The notes: generated by a model from the sequence alone, not told the origin. 61,354 nucleotides of DNA, filler included, from Platydemus manokwari (GCA_037951405.1; 5 parts of 5 records of this genome joined end to end with filler, not necessarily neighbours in it), one strand, 5' to 3'. Counted from the first letter of the whole stretch, positions 24,569 to 39,234 are shown. Numbers and translations are program-made.

Positions 24569-27500
24569 ATTTCAAAGCAGTGACATATAATGTATTAATT
24601 GAAAAATAAATCAAAAGTATAACTCAATTGATAAAAAATTTAAAGTGCATCTAATATGAGGAAATTCTTTATTTCCAAATGCTTAGTTAAGCCATCAAAT
24701 AGTTCAAACTATCTTCTGATTCACATGGAATCGATATTATTAATAAATTTTAAAATAATTGTCCAACTCTTTTTTAACAAAAAAGATACGAAAATTGCAT
24801 TTCTTTTTGAGAGAACTAATTTTCGGATATCGCTAAGAATATGCTTTTTATCCTTATTAGATTGAATGATAATGTTACTTTCTACAATTTTTTTAACGTT
24901 GGTTTGATATATTTTTATGTATTGTAAGCTACTAATCAATTGCATCGTCTTAGAAATTTTGGATTCTACTAATTTTCTTCGGTGTCAAATTCGAAAAAAT
25001 AATGAACATACTTTCACAAAGCATTTCAACCGAATGCATTGAAAAATATCGCTAAGTTTAAGTAGATATTTCCAAATTTTTTTATTAATCAAATCTACCC
25101 ATAGATCAGTTTTCATTATTGTTTTTATTAAAGAATTAAAACCTATAATTCACTCTCAAACATTTTACTAAATTATTATTAGGGCACACGACTTTTAAAA
25201 TTACTTTTTGGTTTTATAAATATATGTATTAACATAAACTATGTTCTTTGTAAACCATTTCTTATTAAATAAAACTAAAAAAAATTCAATAAAATTTAAT
25301 TTTACCTTTAAAACGATAACTTTCATTAAATATTACTTTCTAATTTTAAAACGAATTTATTCTTATATTTGCAAAATTTTTTGAAATTTTTAAACAAATT
25401 TTCAATAATCCCTTTGTAAATCCGTAGCGAGACTTTACTATGAAGCTCTTGAATCAAAATTTATCGAGTAAAAATTTAAAAGTAAATTCCTCCTACATTT
25501 TTATTTATTTTACATTCTCATTGTTTATTTTAATTAAATCATTGGATTATCAGTGTTTTAGATTAGTATTTGGTCTGCCTTTGAAACTTAAAATATCATA
25601 ATTCTTAAATTTTAGACGAGTAGAATATATAGCAACCAATCAAAAGTTACCTCGATCAAAACCCTGAAATAAGTACTTGAAGAGAGTACACAGAAACTAT
25701 CGTTACAAGTTCTGTAGGCAATGAATTAGAGATCTTAAAATTTACGGTTTATGATTGAATACTTACTTTTTATAGGTGCAAACATGCACAGAAGAACAAA
25801 CATCCTAATACTTTATGGAAGTGTGGTATCAAAACCTTGTATTAAAAGCTGAAAAACAAAGAACAAGTGTAAATTAAACACATGGAGTTTGAAAGAGCTG
25901 ATTCTCAACGAAAATTATTAATCTTTCTAGTCAGTAACTTTGAGAATATCAGGATTTAAAATTTTTTAATTTTAATTCCTAAATATTTAAATAAAATATA
26001 AATATATTAAAAACCATAATTAGTTTGAATACTTACAGTTTAATATGCTTTTCGTGTTGACTTTCTTAAATTCGTTTCCAATGCTTATTTAGTAAAATAG
26101 AATCAGTTAACCCGTAACATCTACGTTTATCTTTCGAATACTGAACTCTTCTTTACGTAATTTGATTTGTTCTTTGGGTATTTGTATAAAGATGGTGTAA
26201 TTTTATTAATTGTGCTTTATAATAATTAATATTTTTTGTTAATCACGATTTGGGAAATAAGGTAACACAATAATACTATTGGCGACATCAGGAAAATCAA
26301 AATTAAGCATAAGCAAATCGAAACCCAATATTAGAAATTACAATTAGAGTTGTATATATATACATGAGAGAGTGTATATGATGTTAATAAAATACATTCT
26401 GCTGGAAATATCATCATAAAATTAGAATTAAAAATCTACAATTTCAATGCTAATTTCAAAAATATTTACAAATCTTATAACCACATTTTTAAAATTTTCA
26501 AAGTCATTTTAGTCATAGTTTTCAAGATTAATTCGTGACTTCACAAATATAAGATTAGTTTATTTCAAAATTAAAAATAATATATTTGATAATCTAAACT
26601 GAGCTCAATGGAGTCTCCAGTGAGATGACCATTTGTAGAATTAATGTGATAAGGTAGTTTCAAAACTTAATAAAATACCTACAAATTATAATGAAATTAC
26701 TTAAAATAGTTCAGAATTTATTATATTCTTTGAACTAAATCGTTGTATATAACATATTATATAGTTCACCAATCAAAAAGAAATTTCTTTTGTAGTATTT
26801 TTGCATAAGAGTTAATTTTCTTATTTACGATGTAAAACAATGTATGACATTTCATTCTAATTTTCTAATTAACTTATAGCGAGCAAATATTGTCGATTTT
26901 AACATTCCATACACTTGCAAGCATAATATTTATTGTTTCTATAATAAAAATAAGCCATTGTTCGATTGTGTTTGTTGTAAACATAATAGAATATATCGTT
27001 TATAAACTTTTAATTAATTGGGATACTTAATACTAAAGATAAAAAGCTAAGATTAATCCTTCTTAACTGTTCAGTCATGCTAAAATTAATGGATATACTT
27101 CATTATACATTTCGTTGTTAGTTTTTATCTGTTTCAAAATGTTTCTGACAATCAATATAATCTCAGAAAATAAGATTTTATAAAATATTCAAAATCGAGA
27201 TACTCATTTTGAAATAAATGAATTATAAAACAATCTGATAAGCATAAAATATCATGAATTGCTTGTCAATGTGATTACCGCACGAAATCATTCTATTTCA
27301 TTATAAATTTGTCAAGTTTTTGACAGTTTCTAAAAGATGGCATTTTCAAATGAATTCATTAAATGTTATTGATTAAGAAAGAATATATTAAATAACTAAT
27401 TAAATAATATATATTATTTAGAAAATAAAATCACCAATAAAATTAATTAATCATTAATGTTAACCATTTCAAACAGAAATTATGAAGGTTATTCAAATAT

Positions 27501-28880
27501 ATTTTCCTTGTTGATAAATATCTTAGGAACTGTACGCTCAATTTTATTGTCCCATCTATACAAAAGAATAAATAGAATTGATAAATATAAAATAATACAT
27601 TTATATAAATAGTGAATAATCAGAGTCAGGACAGTAAGGAACGTGTAACTCTGTTCTCCAATAAAACTTAAATTCACACATTTAAAGTTACAGAATAAAT
27701 GTTGAAAGTTATTGGTAGTACATAAATGAGTATTTGCCATCACAACCCTTGGACCCGCTTTCTTGCTATAATACTCTTTACTGGCGCTCCGCTTAAAAGA
27801 TCATTTATAAACTACTCAGATAATGAAAAATCTTTCTCACGAGAACAAAACGTTTACCCAATTTTAAAATTTCTCTGGGGGAATGTGCGAATTCCATCAT
27901 TTTTATTTATCTTCTGTCATCAATAGGACATAATGAATTCTTTTCCTATTCATAATAATGTATTTTATGTTTACTACTAGCAAAACTTTTGAAGAACAAT
28001 TACGACGCACACTTTGACAAGATATTTTACTGTGTGATAATTTCAGCACTCTAAGAAGTCCATTATCGCAAACAGTATATTGTATAACAATTTTTAAGAA
28101 GTTTATGCTCATTCTGTTCTGAAGAATTTTATTTACGAAACTTTATGCAATCAATGAGTAATTTTATTATTTGTTTTATTAAATTTAGACCCACGGCTAG
28201 TCTTATCATTGGGGTCCGTTAAAATATATAAGTTCAACTTCAAGCTCCACACTATCATTTTTTTCTTGGGAGGCTTACCCGAGCACCTAAGCGGTACGCC
28301 CTTTACTGTTTCTTGACTACTATTCTGCTTCCACAATAACGAACATCGCGTTGTAGTGTTATAAAATCATTGTGTTTAAATTATTAATTTTTGTCGATTA
28401 ATACATTTTATTTTGTTATATTTTTGCCTTTATTTATTATAGTCCTGTCTAAATTTGTAAACATTATAAAATTAAATTGATCACAAAATATACTTGAATT
28501 TAACATATAAACTGCTATTACACCTTCAGTAAATATTTTTGAACGAAAGTAAGTTATTTTTAATATCAAAGTTTTCAAGTCTTTTACATTATTAACAATT
28601 TTAATATTTTGCGTCTTCTAACGTATTTCCTAATGTATTTTTATTTATTTGTTTTGGTTTACTAATATAATTTTCATTAATATTTACTATCTTCATTTTA
28701 ATTAATTAATTTTAATTATTTATTTAATTTTTGATTTTAATTATTTATTAATTCTCCTATCGAATAAATTTTTCCTCTTATTATTTAAATTTCAGCACTT
28801 TTTCCTAAAAATACAACGATAAGACTTATATTTTAAGTTTGTATTTATATCGATTCCAACAACTACCATACAACCATTAA

Positions 28881-28980
28881 NNNNNNNNNNNNNNNNNNNN
28901 NNNNNNNNNNNNNNNNNNNNNNNNTTAATTAATTAANNNNNNNNNNNNNNNNNNNNNNNNNNNNNNNNNNNNNNNNNNNN
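28881..28980. other. Artificial contig linker
   Basis: Same N44-TTAATTAATTAA-N44 cassette. Confidence 0.97.
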
Positions 28981-29289
28981 GAATATAATTAAATAAACTA
29001 TATAGAATTTTGCAATACACTTAACAAATTAAAAATTTTATTTGATGACCTTCTTTTTTGACTTTAGCCAGATTATTAAATTCTTTAATGTTAATTTAAT
29101 AAATGACTAATTCCAATTTAATTTAATTATATTTTCATTAGATTACATTTCATAATATATAGTCAACTTCGTTTTTAATTACTTATCTCTTTTTTTATCT
29201 CTTATTTATTTAATAATCATTGAATTTTAGAATAAATTTGACAATATAAGATTCCAAAATATAACTTGTCAGAATATTGATTATCGTAG

Positions 29290-29700
29290 AACATTGAAGT
29301 TTATTCAGTGATCAGTTGAAATATCACAGGAATCTCAATTAGTAGTCACATCATGTATCTACAGATTGCTTCGCCTCCACAATGGTAAAGGTCCACATTC
29401 GATAAGTTTAAGTCCTTACCTAGTGTTGATTATCCATTTTACTTTCCTTAACTTATCTGACAACCCAGAGTACCCATCGTTTTCACATTGCCAGAGTCTA
29501 TTTTGTCATCACTCAATTAGTCGAATAAAATGAGGTGAATCACTTACATACCTTAGAAACCTTTCCTAGATGGAATTCTGATTGTTTAAAACTCGTTTTA
29601 ATGTTCAAAATAATACATTCCAATATAATTTTATTAATAAATTATTGGTATACGCATTGTAAAGTCTGGAGTATGTTATTCAAGGACCAATGCCAAGGTC
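29290..29700 (-). mobile_element. Highly decayed LTR-retrotransposon pol (RT/RNase H) remnant
   Basis: Only short broken motifs on the minus strand (LSDKLRKVKW, FTIVEA, ISTDH), in the expected order, with many stops and frameshifts. Confidence 0.3.
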
Positions 29701-32479
29701 TAACAAAGAACTGTAAATATCGACATTAACAATTCCATTTTGGACATATTTGTTGTGTTAATCTTTAAACGCATTATCCGCAGTGAATTGAAATTTCATC
29801 TACTACTCGATTACAAATTATTCTTCATCCAATTGCTCATTTATTGATATTAATTTTAGATCAACGATTTTAATGTATTGCCAATGGGATTTTCGATTAC
29901 GTCAAAATTTGCAGCTACTTTACAAGAGATTTTTAGCTTCAGTAGATTTTTACCTTATTTGATTTTCATATGTGCAATCCAGTAAATTCTTTTCTCATTT
30001 TGTCTGCTACAAGTTCCCTTGTACCTATATTTGTATCGCACCAAAATTTTTATTCGAGTCGCCTTAGATTGATTTTTAATGTACTATTTTACCCTCCCCA
30101 CAAATTGGTCTAATCGCTGGCAAGTAATTCATTTATCTCCCAAGTTAATTTGTTATGTCTTCTGAAACACCGTCAAAAGAGCTGTGGCATTTTTTAAAAT
30201 TTTTAAGTATCTATTCATTGATGTACTCTTTTCATACATGGATGTCCTTCACAGCTCGTATTTTGAAATACTTAAAGTACAATTTAGCTATATAACATCA
30301 CATGAAATTACTATGGACCCAAGTTCCTTGGCAGTCTGTTTTAAGGTCTCTCTGATTTTACTTCAGCACGTTTAACTCCAGTCTTTTAGATTTTTATTGG
30401 ATTTAATAAAATTTTTTATCTAAATTAAATTGATTAATAAATTGTTGCAGATAGACATCACATCTAAAAGAATAATAATTATCATACATTTTTTTCATAA
30501 TTTCCTTAATTATTTAAATTAAAATTAACCGAAATCCAAAAATTTATTCAAAATTAGACGATCAATAAAAAAGAAACTAAAAAATAGAAATAAAAATAAA
30601 GAGATAAATATAGGATAAATAATTACTAAAATTAATTTTGAAAAATAATATAAAAGAAAAAAAGGCACAAAAATTATGTAAATATAAAATTTAATTACAG
30701 AAAAAACGTGCACAAACTATACATAGAATTAATTAAATTGAGTTATTTTGCCACGTGATAAATTGTAGAACATAAATAGTAAGGAAGAATATTAACAAGA
30801 TATTTTTTCTACAACTAGACGAATCGATATTATATTCTAAACGGAATTTTTATCATAAAACAACCGTTCACAATGACAACGAATTTCTTAATGAAATAAT
30901 TTTGACCGACTAATTATTCTTTCACTTGAATAAGGTCTATTTTTAGAATTGATAATTTATTTGACTTACCCCTCACTAGTATCTAAAATTTTCTTTTAAA
31001 TCAAGAGTTCTTGTTGGCTCAACTATCAATAAAGTTTGAAAAAGCAAACAAGGCTCTTACGGTGAAAACACACGAGACGTCCTTAAATTTCATCGAGAAA
31101 ACAATAGAATTCTTAATAATTAATCAGATTCAATTCCTTGATTATTCATTGCTTATTAATCATTTTGCGATTATTTAAACCCAATTGTATTTAATACGAA
31201 TTTTATTGTAGATTTTGATATATTTTCTATTTTAATTTATATTTTAATATTTCTAAAATTTCTAAACAGTAACTGTATCCGTTGTTTTGAGATTTTAAAT
31301 TAGCATTTTATAGTAAATCCACCACAGATTTGAAATCGTTACAACTCATTAATTCGCACAAACTGTTCAAAAATAAAAATAAAATAACCCATCGTGAACA
31401 TAATAATAAATTTGATTTTCGTTTTAATTAAAGTTGATCAAATGAATATTTTTAATTAAAAATAAATTGAGGAACTTTGTAATTTGTTCTCTGTAAGCTC
31501 AATTTTTCATTTTCCAATTAAGTGGGCGAATATTCGTGAATGGAGAATATTTTGAATGGAGAATTAATCGATGTAAAATGATTGAAACAATGCTCCACAG
31601 CTCGGATATGTGAGAAATTAATAATAATGTTTTGACAATATGGAACTAAACTACGAATTTGAGAAAATTAACGCTATATTTTGATGACAAAATGAAATAT
31701 GGAATTTTTGAAAGTCTTTTATATTATTGGGATTTATTGAGAGAGTGATTTTAAAACTAGAATTTTAAAATGAATTAAATCAATTAAGCCTTGGGAAAGA
31801 TGTAATAATATTATTAATGATAATAATTATATTTATATCAGATAAATTTCGATTTCAATAACCAATGGCATTAAAAATTCCATCTCTACTATCAATACAC
31901 ATCAAACAACTCTAATAAATCATAAACTATGAAATCAACATGAAATCCACGACCGTTTGACTAAATCGATATTCTTTACTATTAAAATGTTATCATTTGT
32001 ATTCCATTTTATTTACAGAAATAGTCTAAAGGTCAATTCATTACATTTTTACAAAAAACTATCAAATTAAACATTTGAAAGAGATGAATATTTGATTGGT
32101 CTGTTGTAACTGATGTTTGATATTGAGAACCGTAATGCAATTGTTACTTGGTCGTTACCGTGTTGAAAGCGTTACGAGGCAACCGAAATGTCACATTTGT
32201 AAAAAAATTGTGAAAATGCGAAGAGTTCAATCAGCATACTTCAAAGTGTTCATTTCACGAGATCTTTTAAGCAAAAGTGAAGATATTCCGTCAAAAAGGT
32301 AAATTTGAATGGAATCAATGGGGAAGAATTAGTATCTAAAACCAAATAAATATAATTATATACATTAGCTAAATTAAATGGATCGTTCTTTCATGTCTTT
32401 AAAACGCTTTTGAAGCGAAAATCTTAGCGAGTAACAGCCATAATAACAGTTTTCATTTCTTGGCCAATGATGAATAATA

Positions 32480-32800
32480 ATATAAGCTTGTTCAGACAAG
32501 TTGTCAATGCACTTTCTATATGATTTTCCATTCTAGTCTTATAGTGCAGCTCAGTAGGTGGGTAGAATGCAATCTCATTCGTTGTGCATGCAATGAAAAT
32601 TTTTTAAGTGTCATTTGTCTTTTAAAATCTTATTTCTAGACCGTTTCACTTACAGTAATGTTTCGATAGGAATGAGTATGTTTGGGCTTATCAATTACGT
32701 TTGGTAACATAAGAGCTCGTTAACTTGCTCAGTTCGATTGGCTGATTTTAGAGATTAAAGTTAATTCCTCGAATTCAAATTGTTAATGCATTGTTAACGT
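32480..32800 (-). mobile_element. Decayed non-LTR retrotransposon AP-endonuclease remnant
   Basis: Broken motifs TI*IRG (compare WNIRG), KPNILIPIET (compare PDI.LQET) and IAFYPP occur in the expected order. Confidence 0.35.
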
Positions 32801-34229
32801 TAAGTTGATCTGTTTATGAAGCGATATTTTCCTATAATTTTTCTATAAAGATATTCAGTTGGAGTATGTGATCGGGTATCTAAACTCGCTTGTGTTGAAC
32901 TTGTTCTATAGGTACCACCTTTCGTGGTTGTTTGAGATTTTCCTGGGAAGTGTTTTATTAGTGCTCTGGTGTTTCCTGTACTCCTAAGAGTATTGATTAA
33001 GCATTTCTCAAGTTTTGAACCTGTCAAGATTGTTAAGACTTGATTACTAGAAACAATTTTTTAGTTCGCATTGAGAAATAGGTCTAAATGGTTAAATATT
33101 ATGAAATCGATTGATGAGAATTTTATTATTATCATTGTCCATCGATTGTCTAAAATCTGGTCTATTGAGTAACAATGAATATTTCTAGGGATTATTATGA
33201 TAATTTTTAATGTTTTTTATTTAATTTTATATAATTCAGCATACAATTATTTAGTATCAATCGATAATTTATTTTATTATATTTAATTTATTCTCTTTTT
33301 GAGTTACAGTTTTGGGATCAACTAAACTATTATGTTACAAAACTAATGATTTATATCAATGTGAGAAGTCTTTATAATTGTCAATTCACGAAAATTAGAA
33401 TTATAAAAATTAGAATTATTTAATATTAGGTTGAGAATTCATAGTGAAATAATTATTGACCAATAGGATACAACTCACATTATTAGATACAAAATACTAA
33501 TATATCATGCAATCTAACTACTAAAGATCTAATATTCCTCAGTGTATCAATATTCCTACTGAACATTTCTTTATAATTCTTATAACTTATTTATGAAAAA
33601 GTCTTGGATTAAAATAATCTTAATAATAATTATCATCATTATAAAATATAAATTTAATAATTAAAACTGGATTGTGTGATGGCTTCGTTAAGAATTTATG
33701 ATCACATTTTATCATTTTCATATTCTGATTCACATCAATTTAAATTTAATAGCGGATTTTATGCAAATTCTTGATTTATAGTTAGCAGATAATTTTAAGA
33801 TTGGATGAAATAATGGTATTTTTATTATTTCCTTTTTGGCTTTATATGTTTAATTAAAGGCCATTTCAGTTTATAATTATCGATGCACTTTTCATGACTA
33901 TCAATTTCCTGTCTCTATAATGAATACAATCTCTCATGATTTATCGAATACCAACATCGAGATTTGAATATTAATCAAGAAAAATACTAAAAACTCATTA
34001 TTGCGCAATAAGGTTTCAACATTGATTTCGATTCATAATGGGAACTAATATGACGAATGAAAATAATTATTATTGAAAACATAATGAGGTTTTGCTGACT
34101 GAATCAAGGAGTCAATCGGTATATCATATCCATCATTATAAAAAAGTGATCGAATACGTCATTTAATAAGTCGCTGGTGGGTGGATTTGAAACCGAAACT
34201 ATTTCACATACAATTTTTTGGATTTGGGT

Positions 34230-34709
34230 TGCAGATATATTGATACTCCGACCAGAACTGTGATATATCCATTATTACATTTTTTAATTCAAAGTATTTG
34301 TATTTATCAAGCCTACAAACGGCAGCAAGCCCGTATATCCGCCAATGACGAGTGAGATGGAAGGAAAATCTCAAATAGATCGATCCACGAACGAATTCAG
34401 CGAATTGAAAACGAAGATACCTGACATCAAGTAGACACACCCGATAGGTCTATAATGAGGTTGAATTTCTTGGATTGTTGCCAGTATATTTTGATCGTTA
34501 ACTTGAATGTTTAGCCTATGTGTGATTTTAGTAATCAGTCTTTTTGATTACTTTTCATTCTATTTTTGACTTTCGGGTACTGATCCCATCTTAAATCATT
34601 TCCTTTGTGAATTGCGTAAAGATTTGTTATTGTTATCATTGAGACTTTGAGTGTAATATTTTAGTTAATACAGATTTCTAGATTCATATTGTTGATTGAT
34701 AAAGCAACA
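34230..34709 (+). mobile_element. Probable solo LTR (copy 2; 5' boundary uncertain)
   Basis: Collinear with 24011-24568 and 40067-40445; ends in GCAACA. Confidence 0.55.
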
Positions 34710-36208
34710 ATGTATTATAACAAAGTAAAATTGATTGTCGAATAAAAGGGAGCCTAAAATTGAACATCCATTTTTTATCTGATTATCAGATAAATATCAA
34801 TCAATAATAAAAATGGACAGGTCGATTTCGAGAAAAATTGTCAATTACCATAACCATAGAAAAAAAAATTCATTAAACAATTTGAAAAAAAATGGTTTTT
34901 CTCGAACTTCTACAATTGGGATGAGATATTACTTACAAAATATAAAGTTGATAATTATTCTTATGAGATAATTAATTTCCCTGTATCCGTTTCATTAAAA
35001 GAAAAAAAGAAATTATATACATCGTCTGGATTATTAGCTTTTCATTTCATTAAAACTCGAGACTCATTTTAAAAGCGATCATTGGTGATCACAATCACTT
35101 AGAAGTCTGATTATGTTCTTGTAGAGTCCTTTCAAGTAATTGATTGATTCTTCTTATTCATCACTATATCGATAATATAATTATAATTTCATTGATTTTA
35201 TTTAGATTTATATCATATATCGAATTGTGATATCTATAAAATTTGACGTTGATATTGTTTTTAACTTTTGAGAAATGTTTATGTCGACCAATAATAATTT
35301 GATATTTGAAAGCAACTTGTGAATTTTATTTAAAATATTTTATTTTTTATTAAATCTAAGTGGATTCCATTACCATTTCACCTAACCCAGGTTAAAATTT
35401 ATCCCAGTGACCTTCAAGAGCTAAATATACATGATAAATTCGATATGAATTAATGATTATGCCCAAATTTACAATATTAATATTTAATCCGAGTCTATTG
35501 ATTTATTTTACAATCAGATGATGGGATTTGTTCGCTAAAGGATTCGATTAAAAAAATGTTGACAACTGGTCAAAGAAACCTTAATGAAAAGATTATAACA
35601 CAAATCGAATAATGAAATCTTTAAAGGATCATCATTTTCGTGTAAAACTTATTATCATAGAAATAAACGTCTTGTTTTAACCAATCAGTATTCTGATTTT
35701 AAAGGTTTTTTGGTTTTGATTTAAGTTTAAAGCTAGAAATAATTTATGATCATTGTTGATAAATGCGAAATTAGAAATTGTCGTCCATGGAATAATTGAT
35801 TACATTAGAGAGAGAGATAAATAAAACAGATAACATTCTAAATTTATTCCATAATTGATATAAATATTATCTGGTGATTATTTGATAAGTCGATGCTTTA
35901 ATCACAAGTTAAAAATAAATAAATAAATAAATAATCAATTATTAATTTATAATACAGTGAATATGATATCGGCAATTTATCGATTGAAACTATTATGAGT
36001 CTTAAATTTTAACTTAAGCCTTCAGGTGGAAAAAGAGTTTTAGGGAAAAGTGGCTAGTGAGTTCGGGTTTTTTTTCTTATTTAATGTTCATTCTCATTGG
36101 ACGGGATATGTCGATAAGAAACACGAACGCAATCACTGCCGTTACTTGAAGAACTGAAAAGTATTTTTAAAATTTTCTTATCTGAATTACAATTTTCAAC
36201 TTATATAT

Positions 36209-36641
36209 ATAGGATTGGAACAAAAGTCTTGTCCGATAGAAAACAATATTTATTTAACAAAAAGAGACAGCATGTAAATTACGACATGTTTAACTCAAAA
36301 TAAGCTTCCTGAGATCGGATTCACCATACTCCCCAGACTTTGTCCTTTCAGACTATTATCTGTTTTCTCCTATGAAAAATTCGTTTCGTGGGAAAACGTA
36401 CCACTTCACCAAAGAAGTTAATGATGATTCAGAAAAGTGGTTCGCTTCAAAACCTGCGGAATTCTTTGAAAACTGCATAAAACAACTTCCAGAATGCTGG
36501 CAAAAGTGTATAGATGTTAAAGGTGATTTCAGATTTACAGAAAAATGATGTTTTGTTTATATTTCTCCATTTACGTATTTTCTTTATTGATTAAATAAAT
36601 ATTATTTGCTATCTGACAAAAATTTCGTTCCAATGCCATTA
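36209..36641 (+). mobile_element. mariner transposon, internally deleted
   Basis: Imperfect ~45-bp TIRs (GATTGGAACAAAAGTCTTGTCCGATAG...ATTTATTT versus AAATAAAT...CTATCTGACAAAAATTTCGTTCCAATG) in a TA context. The interior encodes the mariner transposase C-terminus SPYSPDFVLSDYYLF...WFASKPAEFFENCIKQLPECWQKCIDVKGDF. Confidence 0.88.
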
Positions 36642-37994
36642 TTTAATTGAGAATTCATATGGAAACAAATTAATTTAAAAATTTTGTTTACCTAGAAATT
36701 AAATAATTATAATAATTATAAGCTTGAATCCGACAGAGTCGGTCAATTCAGAAGAGAGTCGTGAAGTCAATTTCTAGGACGAACCAGGGGTTTAATTTTT
36801 CTCTTCTCCAATGTTCTCAGAGATAGCCATATCAACCAGTCTCTTAAAAACTGGCAGACATTCAAATTTTGCAATTAATGGAATAAATTGGCGACCACAA
36901 ACCATTGGCTAAAAAAAACATTTTCTCTCCCCATGAAATCTTTGGTGATCAGATCCTAATCAATTATTAAAATAGATGGTGATTATGCTCCTAAATAATT
37001 ATAAAACTTATGTGGAGTGAATTTGAATATTCTTTACTTCATTAATATTAAATTCATTAAATGCCAAGCATTAATACAACATCGATCCAATAATACATCA
37101 TTTGTTGGGCAATTTTAAAAATACTATTTTATTTAAAATTAAAATATCTATAAATAATTGATTAATAGATAAATAATTTTAATAATAGTTTTTATTATAT
37201 TTATTCCTACTAGATGTATTGATAATGAACTGAAAATAATTAAATCTTATTTTCTTAATGATTCAAAATTGTTCTATTTATAGATCATATTTATATTTAT
37301 GAACATTATATAATACGATGTATAAACAAATATCCTGTAATGTCGAAATTTGAATTTCCTTTCACTTGAATTAATTAGTGTGTTTTGTTTTATCGAAACA
37401 GTTTTCGTATTTGAAATTTTCCATGGTAATTTAAAATGAAAATCATGTTGAATAATAAAATAATGATAAAACCCATTAAAATGCTTCACATTCAATTCGA
37501 TTTATCAATGAAATCTTCAATGGCAATAATTGAAAATGAAGCCAATGAAATTTATTAAAATGAGCCATAGATAAGATATCAAAAAGCAAAACTTGTACAT
37601 AAATATATATATGATATAAAAAATTCGATCAATACGAAATAAAGTGGATAATTGTTGAAATGGCTTATTATGGATTTTATGAATATACACATAGAATATG
37701 CACAATCATCATCACAACAAATATTTGATGGATTTTATTATGAAAATACACTCGTCTCATACTGAAAAATGCACCGAATCAAGAGGAAAATTAAAAAAAT
37801 AAATGCAAATTCTAGTGACAGAACATCTTGAAATTGTTAATTGTCAAAATATGGAAAATGAAGTAATAATAATAATAATAATCTGATTAATGTCAAATAA
37901 ATAATCAATATGCTATTCATATCCACACAATGTTCATTGTCAAGGATTTTTTTCATTTGTGCAATTCGAATAGAATAAGAGGAATTCTCTGTCG

Positions 37995-39233
37995 TTATTT
38001 CTTTAAAAAGGCATCTTCAAGCAAATTCTCAACAGTTGCTCTTTCTCGAGGATCACCTTTCAAACATGAATAAATGAATGATTTCAGTTCAACAGCAGTC
38101 CCATGAGGTAACTCGTATTCAATACTACGAGATTCCGATATCGAAAATAGTGCATCAGCTTCACTTTTATCCGGACACGGAGGAGAACCTAGAAAATCGT
38201 TTTTTGTTTGATAAAAGAAATTGATCAAATGGAAATATTACCAGTTACAATCTCAACTAAAGTGGCACCGAATGACCATACATCGGCTTGTTTGCCGTAT
38301 GGTTCGTTATTGCACACCTCCGGTGCCATGTGTCTGTATTTTTTCACTTTCGATTTCTCAAACCCATCCATCTGATAATGTGGCCAGTAGCCTTGAGAAT
38401 ATTTGGCTAGAGTGAAACTGGACAGTTTTACATTTTGGCTTCCATCGACTAGAATATTCGATGCTAAAAAAAATCACGGATTGTTTTATGAATGCCATAT
38501 AATTAACGGTCTAACGTTTCAAATCTCGATGAATAATATCTCTGTCATGAAGATATTTCAGACCCTCAAGAATTTGTTTGGACCATTTCGAAATGATGGT
38601 TTCATTTATTGGCCAATTTTTCCCAAGAAATTCTTTCACCGATCCCTAAATAAACGATTCAATTCAATAAAATGCATCCAGTTTATTTACTCCAATCATC
38701 TTCTCGGTTTCAATGTAGAGATAATCAGCCGTTTTGCATATGCCAAATAATTGCACAAATCTTTCATGATTTTTCGTAATCTGAACCGTTGTCAACTCAT
38801 TCAAAAGAGCTTTATCATCCTTTAAATTGGCATTTCTCGTCAACTGATAACGTTTCAAAATGATTTCCTGTCCAGAAAATCGTTTTTGAGCTCTGAAAAT
38901 CTCCGAAAAGTCCCCATTGACAAGGACACCACTGATAATTTCCACATCATCCAAACTGAAGATAAAATCTATCATCAAACACAAAATCCTCCCATCCATT
39001 CATTCATTGTACCTCATCAAACGACAATATTTAATTTGATATTCATGTTCGATCCCAATCTCAAACAAAAATTTTCGATCGTCTAAAAATGTATTGTTTG
39101 AAAATAGAATCAAATCATTGTGATTGAAATGTTTTTTATCGGCGATGGCATACTTTACAGTGGCAATCGAGTCGACATTGCTATATTCAATAGCTATCGG
39201 TTCGCGATCAGCGAATATTGAATTGAGAGGGAG
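37995..39233 (-). CDS. Ubiquitin-like domain fused to a STE11/MAP3K-like protein kinase domain (probable pseudokinase); 5' end cut by the contig edge
   Basis: Exons 39233-39013, 38955-38691, 38645-38516, 38463-38242 and 38188-37995, joined by GT-AG introns of 45-57 nt, all frame-compatible with no stops. Kinase motifs: IILK, LLNEL, GGSVKEFL, QILEGLKYLH, IIHRDLKPSNIL, VKLSSFTLAK, MAPE, ADVWSFG, DPRERATVENLL. The first visible exon has a ubiquitin-like pattern. Confidence 0.88.
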
Positions 39234-39234
39234 T

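Noticed and set aside
27480-28350. Short ORFs and a possible Merlin/ISXO2-like transposase relic
   Set aside because: Only vague motif resemblance; no TIRs or catalytic motif could be established.
806-39233. An innate-immunity gene cluster (TRAF + basigin + Ig-like secreted protein + Ubl-MAP3K)
   Set aside because: The genes sit on three segments separated by artificial linkers, so physical clustering is unsupported.
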